A DNA stretch of 64,000 nt from an uncultured virus (IMG/VR IMGVR_UViG_3300042892_001971) (taxonomy: Duplodnaviria > Heunggongvirae > Uroviricota > Caudoviricetes): the IMG/VR virus record IMGVR_UViG_3300042892_001971; one strand, 5' to 3'. Under the pieces are notes generated by a model. The model worked only from the letters and a program-made list of their open reading frames with translations. It made no database searches and had not been told where the DNA came from. The position numbers were made by a program, and so were the translations under genes. Positions 17,564 to 26,708 of the stretch are shown piece after piece. Position 1 is the first letter of the stretch. Each line of letters begins with the position of its first letter.

Positions 17564-18562
17564 TTATTGCTTGTTTTGACGAGCGCGGATCATGGCCAAG
17601 ATGTCTTGGGCATTACCACTAGGTTTGGCTGCTGTGACTGGCGCGGCAGCAGGTGCTGGTTCTTCATCAAATGCATCTTCGGCAACAGCCGCTGCTGGAG
17701 TAGCAACTTTGAGTACTGGCTTGGCAGCAGGTGCTGGTGTGTCTTCTGCATCACCGGCTGCGGCACCACCAGGTGCAGCCACGCCAGCTGGGCGGAAGTA
17801 TTGACCCCAACGCTCAGTGTCGTATGGTTGTCCATCTACTGATGCTTCAAACATCTCTTTGATGACCTTCAACTCAACATCGCCGGGACGCTTGGGCAGG
17901 AATGTGCTCAAGTCATACAAGCCGTGAGTTTCAATTGCAGCCTGTTCAGCTTCTGTGAGTGCTGATTCTTTTCTAGCCCACTTGGAACTGTTGTAGTCAG
18001 CAAAACCACCCTTTTGTGTTTTGGTGATACGGAAGTCCAAGCCACGCATCAAGTCAGTTGGCAATTCTTCCAACTCAGGATCCATCAACGCACCCTTGAT
18101 TAGAGTAAACAGCTGAGGTCCAATGATGAACTTACGGATGGGATTGTCCGGAGTTTTGTCTTCGGAGATGGGATTCTCACGCACAAAACCTTGGAACAGG
18201 TATGAACGTTTCTTCCAGTACTTACGACCCATGTCTTCAAGGCTCTTGTCCTTGAACCAAGTACGAACTTCTGCCAGTACCGGGCAGGCGTCTCCCCACA
18301 TTTCCACGCAGGGTACTTGTACAAATACTTGTTTTGATTCCATCTCTCCTTTGACGCCATTGAATGGCAGTCGGATCATTGCTCGTTCGACCCAGAAAAA
18401 TGTGTTTTTTGTGTTACCGTCAGGTAGGAAGCGTAGTGTGGCCGATTGACCTTCTTCCATGTTCCAGTGTGGATAAATTGCTCGATCGCCTCCACCTTGG
18501 TTTGAGTTGCCTTTTGTGTCAGCTGCCTGTAGTCTTGCTCGGATTTCTGCTAAAGATGCCAT
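17564..18562 (-). CDS. gp32: gp32-like single-stranded DNA-binding protein
   Basis: LRFLPDG, CPV, YWKKRSY and GFADY motifs; Ala/Pro/acidic tail; upstream of uvsX. Confidence 0.9.
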   Translation of the reverse strand: MASLAEIRARLQAADTKGNSNQGGGDRAIYPHWNMEEGQSATLRFLPDGNTKNTFFWVERAMIRLPFNGVKGEMESKQVFVQVPCVEMWGDACPVLAEVRTWFKDKSLEDMGRKYWKKRSYLFQGFVRENPISEDKTPDNPIRKFIIGPQLFTLIKGALMDPELEELPTDLMRGLDFRITKTQKGGFADYNSSKWARKESALTEAEQAAIETHGLYDLSTFLPKRPGDVELKVIKEMFEASVDGQPYDTERWGQYFRPAGVAAPGGAAAGDAEDTPAPAAKPVLKVATPAAAVAEDAFDEEPAPAAAPVTAAKPSGNAQDILAMIRARQNKQ

Positions 18563-18697
18563 AGTTTATTTCTCCTTAAAAAGTTGCCTATGTGTTGCCT
18601 ATCTAAAATTAGATCTTTGTTGCCTGTGACGCACAAACAATAAAGCGCATACACCATGTAGTATATGCGCTATTTGCCTTGGTGTCAAGAGTATTTA
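18563..18697 (-). promoter_or_regulatory. gp32 control region: TAAATA box, sigma70 promoter, terminator-like hairpin, AGGCAAC repeats
   Basis: TTGACA-N17-TATACT at 18688-18660; hairpin at 18644-18671; AGGCAAC at 18583, 18594 and 18619. Confidence 0.7.
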
Positions 18698-19689
18698 TGA
18701 GCAAGTTGTTCTAAACTAATAATATCATAAGGCTTTTGCCGAAGCTGTTGTTGATTATGAGCAAACACATCAACATTGGCTACAAACAGCTCGTGCAGTT
18801 GTTCTATGTTTGATGCCAACTCTACCAAACTTTTGATATAGGCCATAAATCTAGGTTCCGTGGCAACTATATGTGAATCAGCGTCGTGATCTTCTACGTC
18901 ATCCCAACTGTAATCTACTCCAATAGGTAGTTTCCATCCATCATTCACAAGAGTACGATAAAAATACCTTGGACCAAAATTCATCACAAATCTTCCCTGG
19001 ATTAGCTGATCATAAGTTTTTTCCGAATACAGCACAGTGGGCCCTTTACACAATGACTCAACTTGTGCTGATATGTATGTGTTGTCAAAATATTTTCTAG
19101 CAGGTGGTGCTGCCATCAATTTCTCAAGGTCTGTAACTCCAGTTTCACTTGGTAAACTTGCTGATGCAAGTTGTCCGCTATGGTAGCCAGAAAGATGTTT
19201 TACTTGATAGTATAAATGTTGTTTAATTGGCCAATTGTTTTTGCCGTACAAAGAAAGCAGTGCACCGGGCCGTCTAGCCAATTCTATAGGCCATTGATTG
19301 TAATTTTCGGGCGGCAATTGTTTCCATGTAGGCCGACGGTCAAGATACGCAGATTTAGTTCGATTCCAGTAGAAATCATAATGCAACAGATTTTTTATGC
19401 CAGGAATGGGTGTTTTACAAGCTGTTAATAATACAGTTGGTATGATTTTTTGATAATGCTCAACTAACGCAAGACATTCAGGGGGTGTTGCTGGGTGAGC
19501 GTGAAATACATCGTAGAAAACTAATTTTTTTACTAAGTGAGTTTTTATGTACTGCTTGAGTTTTTTTGAATCAACCCACCAAAAGTAAACCCATAGTTCG
19601 GTCGACTGTTGATTCTGAACTATGGGTAACCAGCTGGGATATTCAAAAATATTAGGATCGCTGCCGGGCAATAGTGCTACCTCATGCAT
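18685..19689 (-). CDS. Putative glycosyltransferase-like protein (GT10-like C-terminus)
   Basis: SAQVES...YSEKTY...DYSWD...HN pattern matching 10637..11650. Confidence 0.5.
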   Translation of the reverse strand: MHEVALLPGSDPNIFEYPSWLPIVQNQQSTELWVYFWWVDSKKLKQYIKTHLVKKLVFYDVFHAHPATPPECLALVEHYQKIIPTVLLTACKTPIPGIKNLLHYDFYWNRTKSAYLDRRPTWKQLPPENYNQWPIELARRPGALLSLYGKNNWPIKQHLYYQVKHLSGYHSGQLASASLPSETGVTDLEKLMAAPPARKYFDNTYISAQVESLCKGPTVLYSEKTYDQLIQGRFVMNFGPRYFYRTLVNDGWKLPIGVDYSWDDVEDHDADSHIVATEPRFMAYIKSLVELASNIEQLHELFVANVDVFAHNQQQLRQKPYDIISLEQLAHKYS

Positions 19690-19703
19690 GATTGCCTATT
19701 GTG

Positions 19704-22130
19704 TTATTTTAACAAAGCCAGTGATTTTATTCTTGCCAAAAGTGCGTTGTCAGCTTTGCTTTCATAGTAAGCCTCTTGCTGTTCTCCCATGACAGGAGCC
19801 ACTGAACCAGCCACTGTGCCCATTTCGTACATGCCACATTCGGTTAGGCCGTGTTCTGGACAGTATTCACCTTCCATGGTTGCATTGCATGAACCTTCTT
19901 TTATTTCTGTGTTTTTGTCTAGTTGGTCTGCAAAATGCGCAATTGCTGGACTCTTGCCTGCCATGTATGCATCAACGGCTGCGCCTTCGGGCATTATGCT
20001 AACATTGTCTTCGTCTAGTCCGGGATTGGATTGATAGTGGTTGTATGATGTTGCTACATCGCCTATAAAATCCTCGTCATACGAAATCAAATTGCGAGCA
20101 GATCTTGGTGTCATCCCAATAGCAATCAATTCATGATATACTGCATTATAAAAATCTTTGCTGGTTTTAAGTGTTGCCATTCCTGGTTTTTCGCGTGCCA
20201 ACGTCTTGGCAACTATTTCATGGGTGTACTCAGAATTTTCATGAATACGACTTTCAGATATAGGTACACCAGCATATTTCAGCATGTCATTGAGTTCTGT
20301 GTTTTCTGCCATTCTGCCTATAGCGCGACTGATACCAACTTTGCGATTGGCAATCTTAGGATCTTTTTCAAATCGTCCAGGTTCTTTGCTTCCACCTGCA
20401 AATGCCTGACTTGCAACTCTAGCCCCTTTACGAAATCCGGTACTATTGCTACGGTCGGCTACGTCATCAACTGCTTGGTTTACATAGTTGCTGAGTGTGC
20501 TGGGACTCAGCTCATCCAACTGATCTTCTGCCACGCCTCTTTTTCTCATGGCTGGATTGTTAGCGTCACCATAGCCGCCTTGTTTTGCCCAATCATACGG
20601 CTCTACGTTGCCCATGTTAACATTGGCTCCTTTGCCGACTGCTTGTTTTACACCGGCAGCTCGTTTTTGTTGGAACTTGGCATACTGGTCGCCTTCTGGT
20701 CCTTTAATTGCTGATGCTACGCCGTGTGCCCAACCTGCTTGGCCAGCTGCTTTTCTACCATAACTACTCAATGTTGCTGGACTCAATTCAGCCAACTGAT
20801 CTTCTGCCACGCCTTGTTCAGGAGTAGTGCCTGGTGCTTGTCGGCCAGCAGCAGGTGCCACTGGCTGTTGTTGTTCAGCATCAGGTGTGGTGTTCATTTG
20901 AATGCCAAGTTCTTGCAGTCTGGCTTGCACATCTGTGTCATCCCAAATGTTAGCACGAGGATCTTGTTCGGCCAAATCACCCAGGATATCAAACAATCGA
21001 TCATCGCCGATGACATCATACAGTTGTTGTGTGGCATTGGTAGCATCTGGACCAACAATGAGTTCTTGGCTCATGAGTTCGTTTAGTTTGGCTTGTGCTT
21101 CTGGTGTATCTGGCAAGGCCCATGTGCCTTCCATGATGTTGTTTATCCAGTTTTCAAAAATTTGTGCTTCTTTCATAGCGGTTCCTCGTTGTTGTATTTT
21201 GGCCAGTGTGGGCAATGCAGCCTCTATTCTGGCGTCTAATGTTTGTTCAATAAACATGGTCTTAAGATCTTCTACCAAGGCAGTTTCATCTCCAATGTCT
21301 GCTGGCGTCCAAGATTCAAAATATTGTGTGTATCCACGGCCTGTGGCCATGTGCTGTAGATTTCCGCGCAGTTCACTATAGTAGTGCTGTGCAGTTTCTA
21401 CCAGTTCTTGTGTTACGCCTTCAAACACTCGTTGTTGGCTGGCTCTATTGAATCTGCTCAACACAGCCATTTCGCTTACAATTTCGTTGATGTGTTGCCC
21501 GCGAATGTCGTAAGGTCTGCCACCTTGTTTCACGTGTTCCAGCATGGCTCGGCCACCTGACAGTTTCACAAATGGCAGTTTGAATCGTTCGCCTTCGGCT
21601 GTTTCAATGAACAAACTTTCCACATAGCGATAGCGTTTGTCATCTTCGCCAATCATTCGGTTGTGTTTAATCACCAGTCTGGCTTCTGTTTGCTCACCCA
21701 CATAGCTGATTTTGCGTGTGCCATAGTAGCCTTCGAATAGGCCTTCTTTGATAGCTGCCATACCTTGCATGGTATGTTTGAGTTGATTGATGTCTTTGGG
21801 ACTGAATGTGTATCTGTGCTGTGTGGCAAAGTTCTTGAGTTCGGGTAAAAAGCCTGTTTCACGTTCAGAGCCAAACCAGTCCAGTTTGTCCTGAGGATTT
21901 TCCATGGTCTTGCCTAGGTTGTCTCCAAAGAACAACTGTAGGTCGTTTTCGTCACCTAGTACAATTACTACTGTGCCGTAGTTTTTTCCGGATCCTGCAA
22001 CCCAGTCAAACGCAAACGTTTTGGCTTCGTCTGGTGAAGAGTCTTGCCCTTGTCCGTCTGTGTATTTGACGTCGTAGTCTTTGGTTGCCAGCAAGTCAGC
22101 AACGTCTTGAGAAATGTTTTCTATAGCCAT
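19704..22130 (-). CDS. Probable virion head protein with a modular, protease-site-rich C-terminal half
   Basis: 808 aa next to the terminase, TAAATA upstream, repeated GVAEDQLxELSP and many x-x-E sites. Confidence 0.65.
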   Translation of the reverse strand: MAIENISQDVADLLATKDYDVKYTDGQGQDSSPDEAKTFAFDWVAGSGKNYGTVVIVLGDENDLQLFFGDNLGKTMENPQDKLDWFGSERETGFLPELKNFATQHRYTFSPKDINQLKHTMQGMAAIKEGLFEGYYGTRKISYVGEQTEARLVIKHNRMIGEDDKRYRYVESLFIETAEGERFKLPFVKLSGGRAMLEHVKQGGRPYDIRGQHINEIVSEMAVLSRFNRASQQRVFEGVTQELVETAQHYYSELRGNLQHMATGRGYTQYFESWTPADIGDETALVEDLKTMFIEQTLDARIEAALPTLAKIQQRGTAMKEAQIFENWINNIMEGTWALPDTPEAQAKLNELMSQELIVGPDATNATQQLYDVIGDDRLFDILGDLAEQDPRANIWDDTDVQARLQELGIQMNTTPDAEQQQPVAPAAGRQAPGTTPEQGVAEDQLAELSPATLSSYGRKAAGQAGWAHGVASAIKGPEGDQYAKFQQKRAAGVKQAVGKGANVNMGNVEPYDWAKQGGYGDANNPAMRKRGVAEDQLDELSPSTLSNYVNQAVDDVADRSNSTGFRKGARVASQAFAGGSKEPGRFEKDPKIANRKVGISRAIGRMAENTELNDMLKYAGVPISESRIHENSEYTHEIVAKTLAREKPGMATLKTSKDFYNAVYHELIAIGMTPRSARNLISYDEDFIGDVATSYNHYQSNPGLDEDNVSIMPEGAAVDAYMAGKSPAIAHFADQLDKNTEIKEGSCNATMEGEYCPEHGLTECGMYEMGTVAGSVAPVMGEQQEAYYESKADNALLARIKSLALLK
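20516..20814 (-). repeat. 23-bp exact direct repeat bounding a 92-codon in-frame cassette
   Basis: ccaactgatcttctgccacgcct at 20516-20538 and 20792-20814. Confidence 0.9.
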
Positions 22131-22140
22131 AGTTTGTTAT

Positions 22141-23724
22141 TTAGCGCATCATTGATATGAATGGAAACGGCTCAACAATCATATCTCCGTGGTCTTTTAG
22201 GTGTGTGTCCAAGTCTGAGTGGTAGGTTTGCAACAACAACAGCATGCGCACCGCCAGCAAACTGGCCATGACCAAATCGTCAGTTTCGCCGGGTTTTGCG
22301 GCATAGCTAGTGCCCATGGCCACAAACGTTTTGAGTTCTGATACCAAGGGTCTTGAGTTAATTTTCATACGACCAGACTCTACCAAGATTTTGAACTTGT
22401 TACAGGCTGTGATTTTGCTTTTGTTTGTGGTGTTAAAGCCCTTGCGGAATCTGCGCCCTGTGGAGCCTGTAACTGAATTATCGCTGAGAAAGTATCCTGG
22501 AATGTTGTCTTCGCCATATTCTGCTATGCTGATCAAGGCAGCTTCACCAATGGTGTTGTTTTCCACTGAGAAATAAATGCTTTTTTCATCTTGAACTACC
22601 GCATGCAGTTCTTTAATGATATCTGCAAGAATTCGTATCTGTGTGGGAATGTCAGTTTTGTTGTGGCGCCATTCAGCAATTTGATCTGTAGTTCTAGCGT
22701 CAAAAACTTGTATGGCAGCAGGATCGCCACCTGTGCCCAAGCTGGGATCTAATGCCACAACATACATGCCATCTTTAGTGGGAGTCTTGTACCAGCGTAC
22801 TTGTCCAGTTCTGTGAATGGGTTCTGCACCTTCTAAATCCATCAGTTTGATAGGTGCTATTAGTGTTTCGTCATTGATAACAAATTCACAATCCATCTCT
22901 CTGCGAAAACGTTCTTCGCCCAGCTGAGCCAACTGTTCTGCACCCCACTCGTCCCCGCGGTCAGGATGCTCGCGCCAGTATGATCTAAATGCTCGGAATC
23001 CGTTGATGCCAAGTTCTGTGGTGTTGCCGTGCTCATCTTCTGTCTTGTTAGCACCTTTCCACAAGAACGCAAATTGATCCTCGTCTGAGTTGGGAGTACT
23101 TGTGATAATTGCTTTACCACCAGTGGCCAGTGTGGGCGAAATTGAAGTCCAAAACTCTTTGGCAATTGTGGGTCGCACAAACGCAAATTCGTCAGCGTAC
23201 AGCAAGGATATTGACATACCCCGACCTGTTGTTTCTGTTGTGGTCTGACTCACAATGCGTGAGCCGTTTTCAAACTCTACTGATCCTTTGTTATAGCTAG
23301 TAGCACCTGCTCGAATGTGGTTAGGGCACAGTTCATAAGCATATCTTATACGTTGCATGATTTCTTGTGCGCCTGTGTATTTGTGTGCGGCAATAAGAAT
23401 TGTGGAGTCTGGCACAAACATAGCATACCACAACAGGTAGCCAGCAGCAGATGTTGACTTGCCTGTTTGTCGAGGCATCAAGGATATCGAATATCTGTAA
23501 TTGTGATAGGTATGGATCAGTCGTTTTTGATAGTCAAAAGGATGATACAACATCTTGCCGCGTGTGGGGTGCTGAATAAAGAAAAAGTTATCCATGAAAT
23601 ACAGCGGTCCAGTCACAGGATCAGCACACATTGCAAACTCTGTTAGTTCTTGCTCAGTATATGTTTCAACCCTGTGCGGTGCTTTGACCAGCACTGTTTC
23701 TAAATTACTTTTTGGAGAAATCAT
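22141..23724 (-). CDS. gp17: Terminase large subunit
   Basis: PRQTGKST, YADEFAF, TSTPN, VALDPSLG, VENN and DDLVMA motifs. Start at the ATGA overlap. Confidence 0.95.
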   Translation of the reverse strand: MISPKSNLETVLVKAPHRVETYTEQELTEFAMCADPVTGPLYFMDNFFFIQHPTRGKMLYHPFDYQKRLIHTYHNYRYSISLMPRQTGKSTSAAGYLLWYAMFVPDSTILIAAHKYTGAQEIMQRIRYAYELCPNHIRAGATSYNKGSVEFENGSRIVSQTTTETTGRGMSISLLYADEFAFVRPTIAKEFWTSISPTLATGGKAIITSTPNSDEDQFAFLWKGANKTEDEHGNTTELGINGFRAFRSYWREHPDRGDEWGAEQLAQLGEERFRREMDCEFVINDETLIAPIKLMDLEGAEPIHRTGQVRWYKTPTKDGMYVVALDPSLGTGGDPAAIQVFDARTTDQIAEWRHNKTDIPTQIRILADIIKELHAVVQDEKSIYFSVENNTIGEAALISIAEYGEDNIPGYFLSDNSVTGSTGRRFRKGFNTTNKSKITACNKFKILVESGRMKINSRPLVSELKTFVAMGTSYAAKPGETDDLVMASLLAVRMLLLLQTYHSDLDTHLKDHGDMIVEPFPFISMMR

Positions 23725-24272
23725 ATTGTAGTTATCCAACTATAGCTGCTTACTCGGAATTGGTCAGCAGGAACTGGATTCAACATTGCATGCCATTGCA
23801 ATTTTCTATATCCATCAGTTGGACAATTAATCATAACATATCCTGTATTAGGCAGCACTTCAAACTGATGTCGCAGTGCATCTGGCTGTTTGTAATGATA
23901 AAATGCAGTACCTAAATTGACAGCGCCAATCCAAGTCATTTGCATGGCGCCGGGCATTTCGCCGTCAGTGTGCATGGAGCAAGTAAATCCTGGTTCATCA
24001 ACCCACCATGCAGTGCCTTGATAGTTCTGAACTTTGTGTCCGATAGCGTGTCCTATAATGGGCCAAAGCTGTTGACAAATTTGGTTCCATTCATGCTCCC
24101 AAGACAGTGCTGCATTATCTATGCGTCTGCGCGACCATAGTTCTTGTCCTTCTTGGCGTTGCCATGGTAGTGTCATCCAATCAGTAGAAATTATTTGATC
24201 CACCAACGGTTGTGGAAACACATCCGTGATTGCAAACAGATTGTTGTCTTGATCAACAGGTGTTACTTGCAT
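23721..24272 (-). CDS. 2OG-Fe(II) oxygenase
   Basis: HTD (HxD)...WH...RVS (RxS) arrangement. Confidence 0.75.
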   Translation of the reverse strand: MQVTPVDQDNNLFAITDVFPQPLVDQIISTDWMTLPWQRQEGQELWSRRRIDNAALSWEHEWNQICQQLWPIIGHAIGHKVQNYQGTAWWVDEPGFTCSMHTDGEMPGAMQMTWIGAVNLGTAFYHYKQPDALRHQFEVLPNTGYVMINCPTDGYRKLQWHAMLNPVPADQFRVSSYSWITTI

Positions 24273-25411
24273 AGGAATGCCAACTCCGGCCATAAGCGTT
24301 CAAACTCTCCAGCTTTGTCTGGATGATATCGAGTTTCATTATCGTGTATGTGTTTGAAAAATGCTGTGTCAATTTTGCTGACTTTGTTCTCACTCAATCT
24401 GTCACGATAGGTGGCCAATGCATTGTCAAAGAACTGTCGTTCAGCAGGGGTAGCAATGTTCATAGCATAGAAGCGTTCAATCTCTGCTATAGCTTCCCGT
24501 GCCACACCTGCACCATGCAAGAACGGATCAAGGTATTCAGGCTGAAACAAGTTTTGCCACAGCACTGTGGTTCCTGTATCTTCAGCAAACTGTCTTAACT
24601 CACAAATGCGTGTGGCATTGTATATGTTGTATACCGCATGTATACCACCCCATTGACCGTGTGTAGTCATTAGGTGTTTGATCTTACTCAAGTTTTCTTT
24701 GATTAACGCCCAGCTGGCACCGTGTCGCACATACTCCACTCGCTCACCTATATTGTCAAAGCTCATTGACCAACCTACTCGATTGCGTGTTGATAACTTT
24801 TGAAATATCTTGTTTGAATCCAAGTCCACATTCAAGTTTGTGATCAGCGTGACTATGGCATCCTTGGGTATGACATCTAACAATCGATTGTTTTCTGGCA
24901 GCAACAACGGTTCGCCACCCACAAGTGCTACTTCGTGTATGTGTTCATAGTGTTGTTCAATAAAATCGCATACTGAATCATAGTAAGGTCTTGCACCACT
25001 CTTGAATGGAATACCCTTAATGCTGGCCCATTTTGAACTGCATGACTCACCGCAATAGTTACAACTCAAATTGCATGTGGTGTTCCAACGCACATCCACA
25101 ATCACAGGATAGTGATACTGGTCTCCGGCTGTGGCATAATCAAAGTTGGGATTTACATTGTTGTGCCATTGACGTTCTGAATCAGCACCAAAGCGTTCGG
25201 CTCGCACACAGTTAGAACAGTATTCATGCGGCTTGCCTTGGGCCAAACTGGTGCGTATCTCTGACATGAGATTGGAATTTAATATTTGTTCAATTGTTTG
25301 GGTATTGAGGTTGCCCAGCATGTTGGGGTTGCCAGCACAGCAGGTTTTAACATCGCCACGGGGATTGATATGTAGGCCACGCCACGGAGCGGCACAATAG
25401 AAATTGCTCAT
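24263..25411 (-). CDS. Radical SAM protein with an N-terminal SPASM/twitch-like Cys cluster
   Basis: CAAPW...GDVKTCC...CSNC, then CNLSCNYC (CxxxCxxC) and GGEPLL. Start MSNFYC. Confidence 0.9.
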   Translation of the reverse strand: MSNFYCAAPWRGLHINPRGDVKTCCAGNPNMLGNLNTQTIEQILNSNLMSEIRTSLAQGKPHEYCSNCVRAERFGADSERQWHNNVNPNFDYATAGDQYHYPVIVDVRWNTTCNLSCNYCGESCSSKWASIKGIPFKSGARPYYDSVCDFIEQHYEHIHEVALVGGEPLLLPENNRLLDVIPKDAIVTLITNLNVDLDSNKIFQKLSTRNRVGWSMSFDNIGERVEYVRHGASWALIKENLSKIKHLMTTHGQWGGIHAVYNIYNATRICELRQFAEDTGTTVLWQNLFQPEYLDPFLHGAGVAREAIAEIERFYAMNIATPAERQFFDNALATYRDRLSENKVSKIDTAFFKHIHDNETRYHPDKAGEFERLWPELAFLCK

Positions 25412-25418
25412 CCTGTAT

Positions 25419-25610
25419 TTACAGGTGTATTTGGATGAGCTGTGCTTTTGTTGTCGGGGTTTCTGGAGGACAGCAAAATCTAGGATTGCACCATTCGTCT
25501 TGGGTGTTATGGTAGTCGTTTGCATAAGCCAAACTAATACCTGCGCAACACAATCCTGCAAACACTATCTTTAAGATATTTTGTATTGTCATTATTCTGA
25601 TTGTCTGCAT
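25419..25610 (-). CDS. Small Cys-rich peptide with a signal-peptide-like N-terminus
   Basis: Hydrophobic core ending SLAYA, followed by NDYHNTQDEWCNPRFCCPP. Fills the gap between genes. Confidence 0.5.
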   Translation of the reverse strand: MQTIRIMTIQNILKIVFAGLCCAGISLAYANDYHNTQDEWCNPRFCCPPETPTTKAQLIQIHL

Positions 25611-25625
25611 TTTGTTGTTTGGCGG

Positions 25626-26066
25626 TTAGTTACACCAAGATGTTTTGGCTTCGCCGTAGTATTCACGGGCAAAACCTTGTGCAATAAGCATTTGACGCAG
25701 GCTCTGTCCGTTTAACAAGACATCTCCTAGCACACGGCCACCATACTTGTCCCAGTCCATGAGTACAACCTGACGTTGTGAAGCCTGAGCAACGGCTGCT
25801 TTAGTGAATGCTGAAGCTGCTTCGCCGCGCTGTGCTTCACTAGCACACTGAGCACGATGTCCTTTTTCAGGGGTGTCCACACCAAACACTCTGATTGAAA
25901 GTTCTTTTTTGAGTGGAGCAGGCAAGAAGTCTGCTTGAAAAGCCACTGTGTCACCGTCTATGACTCTGGTGATTTGTGCGTCATAGGTCACACCGGGTTT
26001 TTGTCGGGGTTGTGCAATGGCCAGCACGGGTACGATGAGTAAGAGTAGGAAGAGTTTTTTTATCAT
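25626..26066 (-). CDS. Thermonuclease (SNase family) with signal peptide
   Basis: MIKKLFLLLLIVPVLAIA; VIDGDT, RVFGVDTPE and DKYGGRVLG motifs. Confidence 0.9.
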   Translation of the reverse strand: MIKKLFLLLLIVPVLAIAQPRQKPGVTYDAQITRVIDGDTVAFQADFLPAPLKKELSIRVFGVDTPEKGHRAQCASEAQRGEAASAFTKAAVAQASQRQVVLMDWDKYGGRVLGDVLLNGQSLRQMLIAQGFAREYYGEAKTSWCN

Positions 26067-26671
26067 GCTATTTGATATGTGCCAGAAAGATCAAAGTGTG
26101 CGCCTGATTGCCAGGCGCCTGTGGCCGGAGTGTTGAATTTCCAAACTAGATCAGTGGTGCTACCAGAATAGTATAGTTTCATGACTGTGGTGCTGTCAAT
26201 GACGTCTGTGATTCCAGCAATATGGTACAAGGCAGGAGAACCAGCACCGGCTGTTTGATGCAGACTGCCGCCGGCCAGTCTAAATGTGTTTAGTGCGGGT
26301 GTGGGCAGTGTAATCTGATATCCTGTGCTGCCAAAGTTGGTAACTCCTGCAAAATCCACATACACATGTATAAACATCAGCGGACCCATACGCACATAGG
26401 ATGCTGTGGCAGTGCCGCCAGCAAATGTGCCTGATCCGTCAGTAAACTGCGGGTTGAATGTTGTGGTGCTGGTAACGCCAGATCCGTATGCAACCAAATT
26501 TAGATTTCCATTGACGTTGCCTACATAGATATCTTGTGTGAGTTGGTTGACTACTAATTCACTAGGTCTAGCAACACCATTGTAATTGCCAATGGTTTCT
26601 TGTGCATTGTCTTTCATCACAGCACGGCTTATGCCTGTGATGTTGTCGTATGGTGGGGGTGGATTGGCCAT
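26063..26671 (-). CDS. Putative virion fibre or decoration protein
   Basis: TAAATA upstream; G/T-rich beta-type C-terminus ending LSGTYQIA. Confidence 0.55.
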   Translation of the reverse strand: MANPPPPYDNITGISRAVMKDNAQETIGNYNGVARPSELVVNQLTQDIYVGNVNGNLNLVAYGSGVTSTTTFNPQFTDGSGTFAGGTATASYVRMGPLMFIHVYVDFAGVTNFGSTGYQITLPTPALNTFRLAGGSLHQTAGAGSPALYHIAGITDVIDSTTVMKLYYSGSTTDLVWKFNTPATGAWQSGAHFDLSGTYQIA

Positions 26672-26708
26672 AATAATTCTAAGTTGAATTATTTAGCAAA
26701 AAAAACAA

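Noticed and set aside
22141..23724. Intron or intein in the terminase or uvsX
   Set aside because: Both have normal lengths and continuous motifs, with no intein-type termini seen.
26640..26671. NPPPPY shared between the N-terminus of the 202-aa protein and the C-terminus of gp14
   Set aside because: A six-residue low-complexity match with no further similarity; not distinguishable from chance.
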